DNA from: Myxococcota bacterium
Lineage (GTDB): Bacteria > Myxococcota_A > UBA796 > CAJQPC01
DNA: 55,016 nucleotides
Assembly: GCA_036012755.1 (NCBI GenBank)
Contig: DASCPX010000072.1
Location: 1-55,016 of the forward strand
Reading direction: 5' to 3'
The notes beneath the pieces were generated by a model. The model did not search any database. It was given only the letters and a program-made list of their open reading frames with translations, and had not been told where the DNA came from. Of this stretch, positions 8,458 through 18,105 are shown piece after piece (position 1 is the stretch's first letter; each line of letters opens with the position of its first letter). Both the position numbers and the translations under genes were made by a program.

Positions 8458-9266
8458 TCCTCTTCACCTTCGTCGCCTGTGCCGAGACGCTGAACGACTG
8501 CGAAGGCTGGGCTGCGCCAGAGGTCACGGGCCAGATCGCGGATGACGAGATCGACGAGATCAGCGGCATCGCCGTGAGCCGGCAGCACAGCGGGTGGCTC
8601 TGGGTGCACAACGACTCGGGGGACCAGGCCCGCGTCTTTGCGATGCGCACCGACGGTGACGAGGGCGGAGCCTTCCGGCTGGCGGGGGTCGACGTCAACG
8701 ACATCGAGGACATCGCGTTGACCTCCGACAACCGCCTCGTCATCGGCGACATCGGCAACAACAAGCGCAAGCGCTCCACCGTCCAGATCCTGCTCGCCGA
8801 CGAGCCAGACCCCGGCTCGGGTGGCGGCACGATCAGCGACGTCGAGGTCGTCACCCTGGCCTACCCGGGCGACCCTCACGACGCAGAGGCGCTCCTCGTC
8901 GATCAGGACGACACCATCTACATCCTGACCAAAGGCGCCACCTCGACCCTCTTTCGCGCCGATCTCGAGGCCGGCACGCTGTCCGAGCTCGCGACGATCG
9001 ATCCCAGCCGCTGGCGCCTGGATGATCGTACTCAGGTCACCGGCGCGGACGTCACGACCGACGGCAAGGTCCTGGTTCGCATGTACGACCACATCCTCGT
9101 GTGGAACCTCGACAGCGGAGGACTGCCCTCCACATTCGACGGGACCGCTTGTCGAGTGGCCCCAGCGGCCGAGTCACAGGGAGAGTCCCTCGGCGCCTCC
9201 ACCAGGGGTTTCTACACGGCGAGCGAAGGAGAGGGGGCCGCCGTTCACGAGTATTCGCGTCGATGA
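8454..9266 (+). CDS. Beta-propeller lipoprotein (SdiA-regulated/phytase-like type), function unknown
   Basis: EISGIAVS, WVHNDSGD, DIEDIA, GDIGNN, DAEAL, QGES; GTG 8454 coupled to upstream stop; VILFTFVAC. Confidence 0.7.
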   Translation: MILFTFVACAETLNDCEGWAAPEVTGQIADDEIDEISGIAVSRQHSGWLWVHNDSGDQARVFAMRTDGDEGGAFRLAGVDVNDIEDIALTSDNRLVIGDIGNNKRKRSTVQILLADEPDPGSGGGTISDVEVVTLAYPGDPHDAEALLVDQDDTIYILTKGATSTLFRADLEAGTLSELATIDPSRWRLDDRTQVTGADVTTDGKVLVRMYDHILVWNLDSGGLPSTFDGTACRVAPAAESQGESLGASTRGFYTASEGEGAAVHEYSRR

Positions 9267-9303
9267 CACTCCGTTCACCTGACCATGAGAATTATGAGCT
9301 ATC

Positions 9304-10347
9304 GTGGCCTCTTGCTGTCTCCCTCCTGTCACCGTGCCGTCACACCTCGCTGAACGCAGATTTCGCTCCGTCGCGGGCAGCCTGGCCGGTGTTGCACTGG
9401 TGGGCCTGGCCCTGGTGTCCTGGACGCCGCGGGACCTCGAGCTGCGCGGGGTGGTCGAGCCCGGCGCGCGCTTCTCGCTGAGCTCGGCGCCTGGAGAGCT
9501 GCGCTGGACGCTCTCGGAGCATGGTCAGGCGGAAGGCCTCGCGGTCGTCAACGAGGGCACGCTGCAGCTGGAGCGCGGAGAGCAGCTGGAGCTCCGCGTC
9601 CACCGCGGCGCCACCGTCACAGAGGGTGAGTCTGTCGCCGTGATCGACTCGGTGCTGGTCACCCGGCTCATCACCGAGCTGGAGGCGGAGCGGGCCGAGA
9701 TCTCCGCCCAGGTGAACCTGCTGCAGGCCGGGGGCCGTCTGGAGACCATCCGGCGCGCCCAGGCCGATGTCCAGGTCGCAGAAGCCCAGCTCGCCGCCGC
9801 CGCCCTCGCCAGCGACCGCCTGCGGCCTGCCGACGGTGTCATCGCCCGCGCCGAGATCGAGGACCTCGCCGCCGTCGTGGCGGTCCGTGAGCGTGAGCTG
9901 AGCTTCTCCCAGGCCGGCCTCGCCGAAGCGCGGCTGCCCGCGCGTCCGGAAGAGGTCGCCACCCTGGTCGCCCGCCTCTCGGGCGTCGAGTCCCGCATCG
10001 CAGAGGCCAACCGCCGCCAGGCCGCCCTCACCGTCGTGAGTCCCATCACCGGCAGCGTCGGCGCGGGGCGGGACAACGAGCTCCTCGCGGTCGTCTCCGC
10101 CACGGAGCGCTTCGCCCGCTTCCCGGTGCCCGAGAGCGATCGCGAGCGGATCCACATCGGTGACGACGTGGACTTCGCGTCGCCCTCGACGGAGGGTGCG
10201 ATGGAAGGCCAGGTGGTCGACATAGCCGACGTGGCCGTTCCGCTGGGGACAGAGAGTGTCTTCTGGGTCGCGGTCCAGCTCGACGACGCGGGCGCCTTGC
10301 CGCCGGGAGCGACCGGCACGGCCCGCTTCCACCCGGACGACAGTTAG
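9304..10347 (+). CDS. HlyD-family membrane fusion/periplasmic adaptor protein
   Basis: N-terminal TM, lipoyl half-motifs V..GATVTEGE and VVSPITGSV, long coiled coil, LPPGATG; start uncertain. Confidence 0.75.
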   Translation: MASCCLPPVTVPSHLAERRFRSVAGSLAGVALVGLALVSWTPRDLELRGVVEPGARFSLSSAPGELRWTLSEHGQAEGLAVVNEGTLQLERGEQLELRVHRGATVTEGESVAVIDSVLVTRLITELEAERAEISAQVNLLQAGGRLETIRRAQADVQVAEAQLAAAALASDRLRPADGVIARAEIEDLAAVVAVRERELSFSQAGLAEARLPARPEEVATLVARLSGVESRIAEANRRQAALTVVSPITGSVGAGRDNELLAVVSATERFARFPVPESDRERIHIGDDVDFASPSTEGAMEGQVVDIADVAVPLGTESVFWVAVQLDDAGALPPGATGTARFHPDDS

Positions 10348-10353
10348 GTCCTG

Positions 10354-11097
10354 ATGAGCGAGGGGCGCTACGAGCTCAAGTACGTCTTGCACGAGACCGA
10401 GACCCCGCGGCTCCTGGCCGCGATCGCAGGACACGTCGAGCCCGACCGGCACGCCTCGGCGCTGCCTTCGGGCGGCCTCGGCTACATCGTGAGCTCGGTG
10501 TACCTCGACACTCTCCAGTTCGAGGGCTACGCCGAGCGCCTTCGCATGGAGCGCATCCGGAACCGCGTGCGGGTGCGGACATACGGCAGGGCGGGGGACG
10601 GCGCCCCGGTCTTCCTCGAGTGCAAGCGCAAGCTCGCCGACCAGGTCATCAAGCACCGCACGCGCATGGGCGACGCGGACAGCTACCAGCTGGGCCCCGA
10701 GCGCTCGTGGGACCAGATCGACGATCGCCGCGTGCAGCGCTTCGCGCGGGCAGTACAGGGGATGAAGGCGATGTGCGTCGTGCGCTACGAGCGGGAGATC
10801 TTCACAGCGGACACTGCCCGGCTGACCGTCGACCGCAACGTCCGCGCCGGCCCCGTCGACGACACGCGGCAGCTCTACGCTCCGGTGCCGCTGGACCTCA
10901 TCCCAGAGGACTGGTGCGTGATCGAGCTCAAGTTCAACGGCCAGATGCCAGGCTGGATGCGCCGGGCCAGCCATGAGCTGCAGCTCTACAGCGAGCCGGT
11001 GTCCAAGTTCGCCCTCGGCATGGTGATGTCCCGCCGTGCGGACCACCCTGGAGAGCTCCGCCAGCTGACCCCCTCGACGATCCTGAGGGCGGCGTGA
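10354..11097 (+). CDS. VTC-domain (polyphosphate polymerase-like) protein
   Basis: RYELKY, SSVYLDT, RNRVRVRTYG, FLECKRK, VRYERE, RLTVDRNV, VIELKF, VSKF. Confidence 0.88.
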   Translation: MSEGRYELKYVLHETETPRLLAAIAGHVEPDRHASALPSGGLGYIVSSVYLDTLQFEGYAERLRMERIRNRVRVRTYGRAGDGAPVFLECKRKLADQVIKHRTRMGDADSYQLGPERSWDQIDDRRVQRFARAVQGMKAMCVVRYEREIFTADTARLTVDRNVRAGPVDDTRQLYAPVPLDLIPEDWCVIELKFNGQMPGWMRRASHELQLYSEPVSKFALGMVMSRRADHPGELRQLTPSTILRAA

Positions 11098-11789
11098 ACG
11101 AACTCCAGATCCAGCAGCTCCTCGGCCAGATCCCGCCCATCTCCGGGCAGGAGGCCTTGCGGAACCTGCTGTTGGCCCTCGGCCTGGGCCTCACGGTGGC
11201 GGTGCTGCACCGCATCACGAACTTCCGGTCGAAGCCCTCGCCGGCGCTGCTGAGCGCTCTCGCGCTCTTGCCTCCGATCGGCTCGATGGTGATGATGGTG
11301 ATCGGAAACAGCCTGGCCCGGGCATTCAGCCTGGTGGGTGCGCTGGCCATCATCCGCTTCCGGACACGGCTGCGCAGCCCCTGGGACATCAGTTTTGTCT
11401 TCCTCTCCCTCACCCTGGGCGTCGCCTGCGGTGTCGGTGCCCACCAGGTGGCCCTCATCGGCATCGTCGTCGTCGGCCTTGGCATCCTGGTCATCGGGGC
11501 GCTCCCGGGCACCCGTCCGACCCCAGAAGCCTACGTGCTCCGGTGCGAGGTCGCGGCCCACCAGGTCGGCGAACGTGAACTGGCGCCGGTGATGATCCCA
11601 CACATCGAGGAGCAGCACCTCGACCAGGCCCAGACCCGGCGCTTTGGCGAGGCCCTGAGCCTCACCTGGAGAGTGGTCTTGAAGCCAGACGCGACGCTCG
11701 AGGCTCTGATCCGCGAGTTGGCAGCCGTAGAGGGAGTCGAGAGAGTCACTGTCGTATCCAACTTCGATGCTGTGACTGAGCCCAGGTGA
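11094..11789 (+). CDS. DUF4956 family membrane protein
   Basis: IGNSLARAFSLVGALAIIRFRT motif, several TMs, C-terminal soluble domain; GTGA-coupled to VTC gene. Confidence 0.88.
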   Translation: MNELQIQQLLGQIPPISGQEALRNLLLALGLGLTVAVLHRITNFRSKPSPALLSALALLPPIGSMVMMVIGNSLARAFSLVGALAIIRFRTRLRSPWDISFVFLSLTLGVACGVGAHQVALIGIVVVGLGILVIGALPGTRPTPEAYVLRCEVAAHQVGERELAPVMIPHIEEQHLDQAQTRRFGEALSLTWRVVLKPDATLEALIRELAAVEGVERVTVVSNFDAVTEPR

Positions 11790-11826
11790 TGGTAATAAGG
11801 ATCTTGAACTTTTCGGGAGGCGGCCG

Positions 11827-13611
11827 GTGATCACTCTGCTCCTGGCATGCGGAAATATGGGTAGCGTCGTCATAGATGGTCCCCCGGATGAAGTCCCCGA
11901 GGCTGAGCGGGACGACGACGAGGACGGCTTCGTCGCGGAAGAGGACTGCGACGACGAGGATCCGCTCTCTTTCCCCGGCGGCGACGAGGGCACCGCTCCG
12001 GACGGCGCTGACAACGACTGCGACGGCGTCGTAGACGACTACGAGGTGGGCTGTGGGGGCGTCACCGACGTGATCATGGACGCCGTGGATCTAGTAGACG
12101 ACGGCATGACGATCCTGGTCTGTCCCGGTCACTACCCAGAGGATCTCGTGCTCGACGGGCGCGAGCTGACCATCCTGTCCATGGAAGGGGCAGGCGAGAC
12201 CTACATCGACGGCAGCGGCGACACCTCGGTCGTGAGCCTCACCGGCGCCGACATCACGCTGACGGGCTTCACCATCTCCGGCGGCCTGGCAGAAAACGGC
12301 GGCGGCGTCTACGCCATGGACTCCGAGCTGACCCTGTCCGAGAACGTCATCGAGGACAACGTGGCCACCCAGTATGGCGGCGGCGTCTACACCCAGAGCA
12401 CTGGCGCGGACATCCTCGACAACACGGTCGAGGACAACGACGCCTTCGAGGGAGGCGGGCTCTACGTCTGGGGCCAGGTGACCCTCCAGGGCAACGAGAT
12501 CCTCGAGAACCACTGCGTCTCGCTGCAGGAGGGCGAGGCCTACCACGGGGCCGACGGCGGCGGCGGCGGTCTCTTCGCGCGAGGAAAGGTCGACATCCTC
12601 GACAACGTCATCGCGCGCAATGTCAGCGAGGTCAACGGGGCGGGGGTCTACACCCTCGACGCCAGCGGCACCTTCTCGGGCAACCTGGTCAAGGCCAACG
12701 AGACCTACGAGGACGGCAGCGGTGTCTACGCCAACTACACCAGCGAGACCTACGACAACAACGAGTTCATCGACAACTTCGCCCACGACGACGCGGGCGG
12801 GCTGCGCATCTACGTCGGCTCCGCCGAGATCACGAACAACTACTTCGAGGGCAACGGCTGCAACGACGACGGCGGCGGACTCAAGCTGAGCCACGCCCGG
12901 AGCACTGTCTCCGGCAACACCTTCGTCGACAACTACGCCGGCGACTCCGGCGGCGCGCTGGAGCTCGACAACGACGTCAGCCCCGTGAGCGACTGCGTCT
13001 TCGAGGACAACCGGGCCGCGCGAGGGGCGGCGATCAACGCCAAGGAGCTCTTCAGCGCCACTACGCTGACGGACCTCACCTTCATCGACAACGAAGCGAG
13101 CTCCTCCGGCGGCGCCATCTACATGTACGACAACCCCTACACGTTGACAGCCAAGCGCATCGTGGTCGAACGCGGCGACGCCCCCTTCGGCGCGGCCATC
13201 GCGGCCTCCGCGGCCAGCGTCGTCGTGAGGAACGCGCTCATCACAGGCCAGGACGGGGACGCCATCGAGCTCACCGGCTCCACCGGCAGCTTCGGCAACA
13301 TCGTCATCACCGACTCCACGGGCACCGGCATCGTCAGCGACGGGGCCTACACCCTCTACAACTCCATCCTGGTGAACAACGAGATCGGCGTCGAGGGCCC
13401 CGCGACGGTCAGCTACAGCACCTTCTGGGACAACGACATCCTCGGCGACAACGCTGACGGCACTGGCGTGATCTACGAGGATCCGGACTTCACGGCGAGT
13501 TACGAACTCGAGAGCTCCAGCCCCTGCATCGACGCGGGGACCCCGAGCGTGAACGACCCCGACGGCTCACGCAGTGACATGGGCTACTACGGAGGCCCCG
13601 ATGCTCCTTGA
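11827..13611 (+). CDS. Right-handed parallel beta-helix lipoprotein with MopE-like Cys/Asp motif
   Basis: DCDDEDP..PG..DGADNDCDG, many N.A..GGG(V/L)Y repeats, SPCIDAG..DPDGSRSDMGYYGG; GGAGG before GTG. Confidence 0.82.
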   Translation: MITLLLACGNMGSVVIDGPPDEVPEAERDDDEDGFVAEEDCDDEDPLSFPGGDEGTAPDGADNDCDGVVDDYEVGCGGVTDVIMDAVDLVDDGMTILVCPGHYPEDLVLDGRELTILSMEGAGETYIDGSGDTSVVSLTGADITLTGFTISGGLAENGGGVYAMDSELTLSENVIEDNVATQYGGGVYTQSTGADILDNTVEDNDAFEGGGLYVWGQVTLQGNEILENHCVSLQEGEAYHGADGGGGGLFARGKVDILDNVIARNVSEVNGAGVYTLDASGTFSGNLVKANETYEDGSGVYANYTSETYDNNEFIDNFAHDDAGGLRIYVGSAEITNNYFEGNGCNDDGGGLKLSHARSTVSGNTFVDNYAGDSGGALELDNDVSPVSDCVFEDNRAARGAAINAKELFSATTLTDLTFIDNEASSSGGAIYMYDNPYTLTAKRIVVERGDAPFGAAIAASAASVVVRNALITGQDGDAIELTGSTGSFGNIVITDSTGTGIVSDGAYTLYNSILVNNEIGVEGPATVSYSTFWDNDILGDNADGTGVIYEDPDFTASYELESSSPCIDAGTPSVNDPDGSRSDMGYYGGPDAP

Positions 13612-14197
13612 GGTGCTCTTCCTCCTCGCTTGCAATGGTACGACCGTAGGCGAGGAGGAGGGCGACGACCCCGCCGAGTGCACCGACGGCGAGGACAACG
13701 ACGGCGACGGCGAGATCGACTGTGACGACCTCGGCTGCGCGGCGGTCTGCGAGGGCGCGGACTACGGCTCCGTCCTCATCAACGAGTTCATGGCCAGCAA
13801 CCAGACCACCGTCGACGCAGAGGACGGCGGCTTCTACGACTGGTTCGAGCTCTACAACCCCGGCAGCGAGACCGTGAACCTCGGCGGCTGGACGGTCACG
13901 GACGACTTCTCCGTCCCCGACAAGTACGAGCTGTCGGACAACCTGGAGTTGGATCCCGGTGACTTCCTCCTCATGTTCGCCTCGGACAACGAGGAGGAGC
14001 TCGGCGACACCCACGTCGGCTTCCACATGAACAAGAGCGGAGAGGCCCTGGCGATCTACCGGCCCGACGGCTCCGCCAGCGACGAGCTCGACTACGAGGC
14101 GCAGGCCGCAGATCTCTCGGCGGCGCGGATCCCGGACGGCAGCAGCACCTGGGAGATCACCGGCGACGCCACACCTGGCGAGAGCAACGACGAATGA
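13601..14197 (+). CDS. Lamin-tail-domain (LTD) lipoprotein
   Basis: VLINEFMASN, DWFELYNP, VNLGGWTVTDD, SAARIPDG, TPGESN; start ATG 13601. Confidence 0.85.
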   Translation: MLLEVLFLLACNGTTVGEEEGDDPAECTDGEDNDGDGEIDCDDLGCAAVCEGADYGSVLINEFMASNQTTVDAEDGGFYDWFELYNPGSETVNLGGWTVTDDFSVPDKYELSDNLELDPGDFLLMFASDNEEELGDTHVGFHMNKSGEALAIYRPDGSASDELDYEAQAADLSAARIPDGSSTWEITGDATPGESNDE

Positions 14198-15411
14198 CAC
14201 TCCTTCTCCTCGCGTGCACGGGCGGGAGCCTGGTGGTCGATGGTCCCGTGACCGACGACTCGGCGATCGGCGACAGCTCGCGGCCGGTGGACACCAGCCA
14301 CGACATCGAGGAGGTCCCTGGTGTCGGAGAGCTCAGCGACGTGCTCTTCAACGACGAGGTGCTGCCGGAGTTCGACGTCCTGTTGTCGGACGAGGCCTTC
14401 TCCAGCCTGGCGAGCGACCCCTACAACTGGGTCGAGGGCGGCATCGTCTTCGACGGCGTGACCTACGAGGGCATCGGCGTCAGGGTGAAGGGCGAGAACA
14501 GCTACCTGCCGATCTCGCAGAAGGCTTCGCTGAAGCTGAAGTTCGACAAGTACGACCCCGACATGCGCTTCTTGAAGCTCGAGGAGCTCACGCTCAACAA
14601 CATGTCGAACGACTACTCGATGATGCACGAGCGGCTGAGCTACCGGCAGTTCCGTGAGTCCGGGCTGCCCGCCCCTCGGGCGAACCACGCGCTGGTGTCG
14701 ATCAACGGCGAGCACGTCGGCCTCTACACCGTCCTCGAGACCGTCGACCGCGACTTCATCAAGCGCTGGTACGACAACACCGAAGGCCCCATGTTCGAGG
14801 TCTGGGATGTCGACTTCAAGGACTACTACATCGACAGCTTCCAGCTCGAGTTCGGCGAGGACGACCGCACCCAGCTCCAAGGGGTCGCGGACACGCTGGA
14901 AGACAGCGGCGATGACGCCTACGAGGCCGCCGCCGAGTACCTGGACTGGGAGCAGTTCACGAAGTGGTGGGCCAACGGGATCATCGTCGGCCAGTACGAC
15001 GGCTACCCCTACGCAGACCCCGGGGACGACTGCCACGTCTTCGTGAACCAGGACAACCTCGGCCCCGCCGGAGGACCCCGCCTGGAGTGGATCCCCCACG
15101 GCATGGACGAGACCTACTACTACCCGACGGGCGTCGCGGTGCTCACGCAGGTCAACGGCATCGTCGCCAAGCGCTGCACGAACGTGGCCCAGTGCCAGGA
15201 CATGGTCGTCGAACAGATGAACGTCGGGCTGGACCGCCAGGACGAGATCGGCACGCTGGAGTACTTCGACATGGTCGAGGCGCAGATCAAGGACCACGTC
15301 ACGGCCGACACGAACAAGAACTACACCGACGAGTACGTCTGGTACTACCAGGACGCCATGCGCTCCTTCATCGCGAGCCGACGGAGTGACTTGTCCCGCT
15401 GGACGGACTGA
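14194..15411 (+). CDS. CotH-family kinase lipoprotein 1
   Basis: IGVRVKGENS, KASLKLKF, LTLNN, MHERLSY, PAPRAN, GLYTVLE, WIPHGMD. Confidence 0.88.
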   Translation: MTLLLLACTGGSLVVDGPVTDDSAIGDSSRPVDTSHDIEEVPGVGELSDVLFNDEVLPEFDVLLSDEAFSSLASDPYNWVEGGIVFDGVTYEGIGVRVKGENSYLPISQKASLKLKFDKYDPDMRFLKLEELTLNNMSNDYSMMHERLSYRQFRESGLPAPRANHALVSINGEHVGLYTVLETVDRDFIKRWYDNTEGPMFEVWDVDFKDYYIDSFQLEFGEDDRTQLQGVADTLEDSGDDAYEAAAEYLDWEQFTKWWANGIIVGQYDGYPYADPGDDCHVFVNQDNLGPAGGPRLEWIPHGMDETYYYPTGVAVLTQVNGIVAKRCTNVAQCQDMVVEQMNVGLDRQDEIGTLEYFDMVEAQIKDHVTADTNKNYTDEYVWYYQDAMRSFIASRRSDLSRWTD

Positions 15412-16892
15412 TGTTCCTCGGGCTCGTCGCGTGCGGGCCGGGCAGCATCGCGATCGGGCCCCTGGCTGACACGGGCCAGGCCCCAGTGGGGTGTGGTCTC
15501 GAGCTCGACGACGCCGACATTCACGGCGTCGAGGACGAGCGCCTGTCCTTCGACGCGCGCTGCGCCAGCGGGGCCGAGCTCTCGCTGTCGGGACCGGGGT
15601 CGTGGGAAGACGACGAGTGGACCTGGCGCCCGGACCTCGACGAGGCGGGAGAGTACGAGGTCCTGCTGTCGTGGGGGCTCGAGAGCGCGGTGGTCCGCGT
15701 CTTCGTCGCCGACGCCTGGGACGAATCGGACAACGAGCCGGTCGACCCCTTCGAGTACCAGGAGGAGTTCGGGCTCCCTGTCGTCCACATCTTCCCTGGC
15801 GGCAGCGTCGGCGAGGACTACGTCTCCGCCAGCGTCGTCTTCGAGGGCCGCGAGTACACCGGGGCTCGGGTCAAGAAGCGAGGCGCCGCCAGCCTCTACT
15901 ACCCCAAGGTCGGCTACACGCTCGACTTCGACTCCGAGGACCAGCTGGAGTTGTCAGACCGCGGAATGGGGGACAAGGCCCACCTGGTCTTGATCTCGAC
16001 CTTCGACGACAACAGCTACGTGCGGCAGAACCTCGCCTACGGGCTGTGGGAGGACATCGCCGAGCACTTCGGACAGGCGCGGCTGGTCGTCCGCACCTTC
16101 CACACCATCGTCTACATGGGTGGCTCCTACATCGGGCTGTACGTGGCCTCTGACCACGTCGACGACGAGTTCCTCCAGCAGATGGGGCTGGACCGGGACA
16201 GCCCGCTGTTCAAGGCCGTGGACCACAACGCGAACTTCTACGGCACCGACTACTACGGCAACCCCAAGCCCTCCTGGCACTCCGGCTACGAGCTCAAGGA
16301 GGGGGACAGCTGGGAGACCCTCGATGCCCTGGTGCAGTGGTCTGCCGTTGCCAGCGACGAGGAGCTGGTCGCCCAGGCGGACGACTGGCTGTCCTCGACG
16401 GAGTTCGCGGACTGGTTCATCTTCGTGCACTTCACGGAGTCCGGGGACTCCGGGGGCAAGAACAGCTACCTCGCCTGGGACCTGACGACCCAGCGCATGC
16501 GCTACGCCCCCTGGGACTTCAACCACAGCTGGGGCCAGGACTGGCGCACGCTGCGAGTGAGCTCCAGCACCTACAACGACTTCACCTGGACCAACCGGGT
16601 CTTCAAGGCCCAGCAAGCGGTCGACGGCGCGGCGCTCTGGGCGCGCTGGTGGAGCCTGGTCGACGACGGGCCGCTGCGCGAGGACAGGCTCATGGCCGAG
16701 CTCGATGGCATGTACTCGGACATCGATCCCTCGGCGCGGCGTGACTGGGATCGCTGGGGAGACGCCTACCGGAGCTACAGTGGGTGGGCCTCGAGTCGCG
16801 ACGGCTGGACCGACTACGAAGGCGAACGCCGCTACCTGGAGGACTGGATCTCCGACCGCTGCGAGTGGGCGCGAGAGGACCACGACCGATGA
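15411..16892 (+). CDS. CotH-family kinase lipoprotein 2 with N-terminal Ig-like segment
   Basis: KKRGAAS, YPKVGY, FDDNSYVRQ, YIGLY, GKNSYL, PWDFNHSWG. Confidence 0.88.
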   Translation: MFLGLVACGPGSIAIGPLADTGQAPVGCGLELDDADIHGVEDERLSFDARCASGAELSLSGPGSWEDDEWTWRPDLDEAGEYEVLLSWGLESAVVRVFVADAWDESDNEPVDPFEYQEEFGLPVVHIFPGGSVGEDYVSASVVFEGREYTGARVKKRGAASLYYPKVGYTLDFDSEDQLELSDRGMGDKAHLVLISTFDDNSYVRQNLAYGLWEDIAEHFGQARLVVRTFHTIVYMGGSYIGLYVASDHVDDEFLQQMGLDRDSPLFKAVDHNANFYGTDYYGNPKPSWHSGYELKEGDSWETLDALVQWSAVASDEELVAQADDWLSSTEFADWFIFVHFTESGDSGGKNSYLAWDLTTQRMRYAPWDFNHSWGQDWRTLRVSSSTYNDFTWTNRVFKAQQAVDGAALWARWWSLVDDGPLREDRLMAELDGMYSDIDPSARRDWDRWGDAYRSYSGWASSRDGWTDYEGERRYLEDWISDRCEWAREDHDR

Positions 16893-18089
16893 TGTGGCTC
16901 CTGGCCTGCACCGGCTCCGTGACCCTTCCAGGGGGCCAGGGCGAGTATGTCGTCGGAGGACGACACAGGTGACACCGGTCCCTTCGAGGAGCCCGAGACC
17001 GGCCCCCCCGAGCCCTTCGGCCTGGCGCGGTCCACGAGGTCGAGCTCGAGCTGGACGAGGAGGCCTGGGAGTCTCTCTCGGTCGCCCCCTACACCTACGT
17101 GCCGGCCTCCATCCACTTCGACGGCGAGCCCTACGAGGTCAGCGTCCGCCTCAAGGGCCGCTACGGCAGCTACCGGCAGCTCTCGGCCAAGGCGGGCTTC
17201 AACGGTCGACATCAACCGCTACGACCCGGACCAGACCATCCACGACCTGGAGCGGCTGAACCTGAACAACATGGTGCAGGACAGCGCCCAGGTGCACGAC
17301 TTCATGGCCTACACGGTCTACCGGGCGATGGGCGTGCCCTGTCCCTGGGTCGGCTACGCGTGGGTGAGCGTCAACGGCGAGGTCTTCGGGCTCTACGCGC
17401 TGGTCGAGGCCTACGACGATGTGTTCGTCGGGGAACGCTGGGAGGACGGCAGCGGCAACCTCTACGACGGGGACTACTGGCTGGCCGAGGACTGGAGCTA
17501 CTACGTGCTGCTCGACTTCTACGCCTCGCGCCACGAGTACTTCCAGCTGGACGAGGGCACTGACGTCGGGTGGGTGGACATCGCCGGAGTCACGGCTGTG
17601 CTGGACGAGACCGCCGGCACCCAGGACGTCGACGAGGCCCTCGACGAGGTCGTCGTGCTCGACGAGGTGATCTCGATGTGGGCCAGCGAGGTCTGGCTCG
17701 GCCACTACGACGGCTACTTCTACAACACGAACAACTACCGCCTCTACTTCGACCCGGCGGACGGTCGCGCGACCATGATGCCCTGGGATCAGGACTGGGC
17801 CTTCTACCGGGACACGCCGATCACGAGCCCCTCCGGTCGCATCGGCGCTACCTGCCTCGGCGACATCTCCTGCCGCCAGCGCTACGGGGACGCGATCGAC
17901 GAGGTCTGCTCGGTCACGGGCGGGCTCGGTCTGGAGCGCACCCTCGACGAGGTCACGGACCTCGTGAACCCCTACGTACGCGACGATCCTCGCCGGGAGA
18001 TCAGCTTCCCCGACGCCGAGTACTACCAGGCGGACCTGTTGGACTGGATCTCGCGGCGCTGCGGAGAGCTCGAAGCGGCCGGGCTGTAG
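16889..18089 (+). pseudogene. CotH-family kinase lipoprotein 3, with three apparent frameshifts (pseudogene or assembly error)
   Basis: MMWLLAC start at 16889; frame changes near 16953, 17025 and 17203 are needed to join DTGDTG, VRLKGRYGSYR and VDIN..LNLNNM..NNYRLY..PWDQD. Confidence 0.7.
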
Positions 18090-18105
18090 GTGCTATGACC
18101 TCGGC

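Noticed and set aside
16889..17215. Programmed frameshifting in CotH3
   Set aside because: Three separate shifts with no recognisable slippery heptamer; error or decay is simpler.
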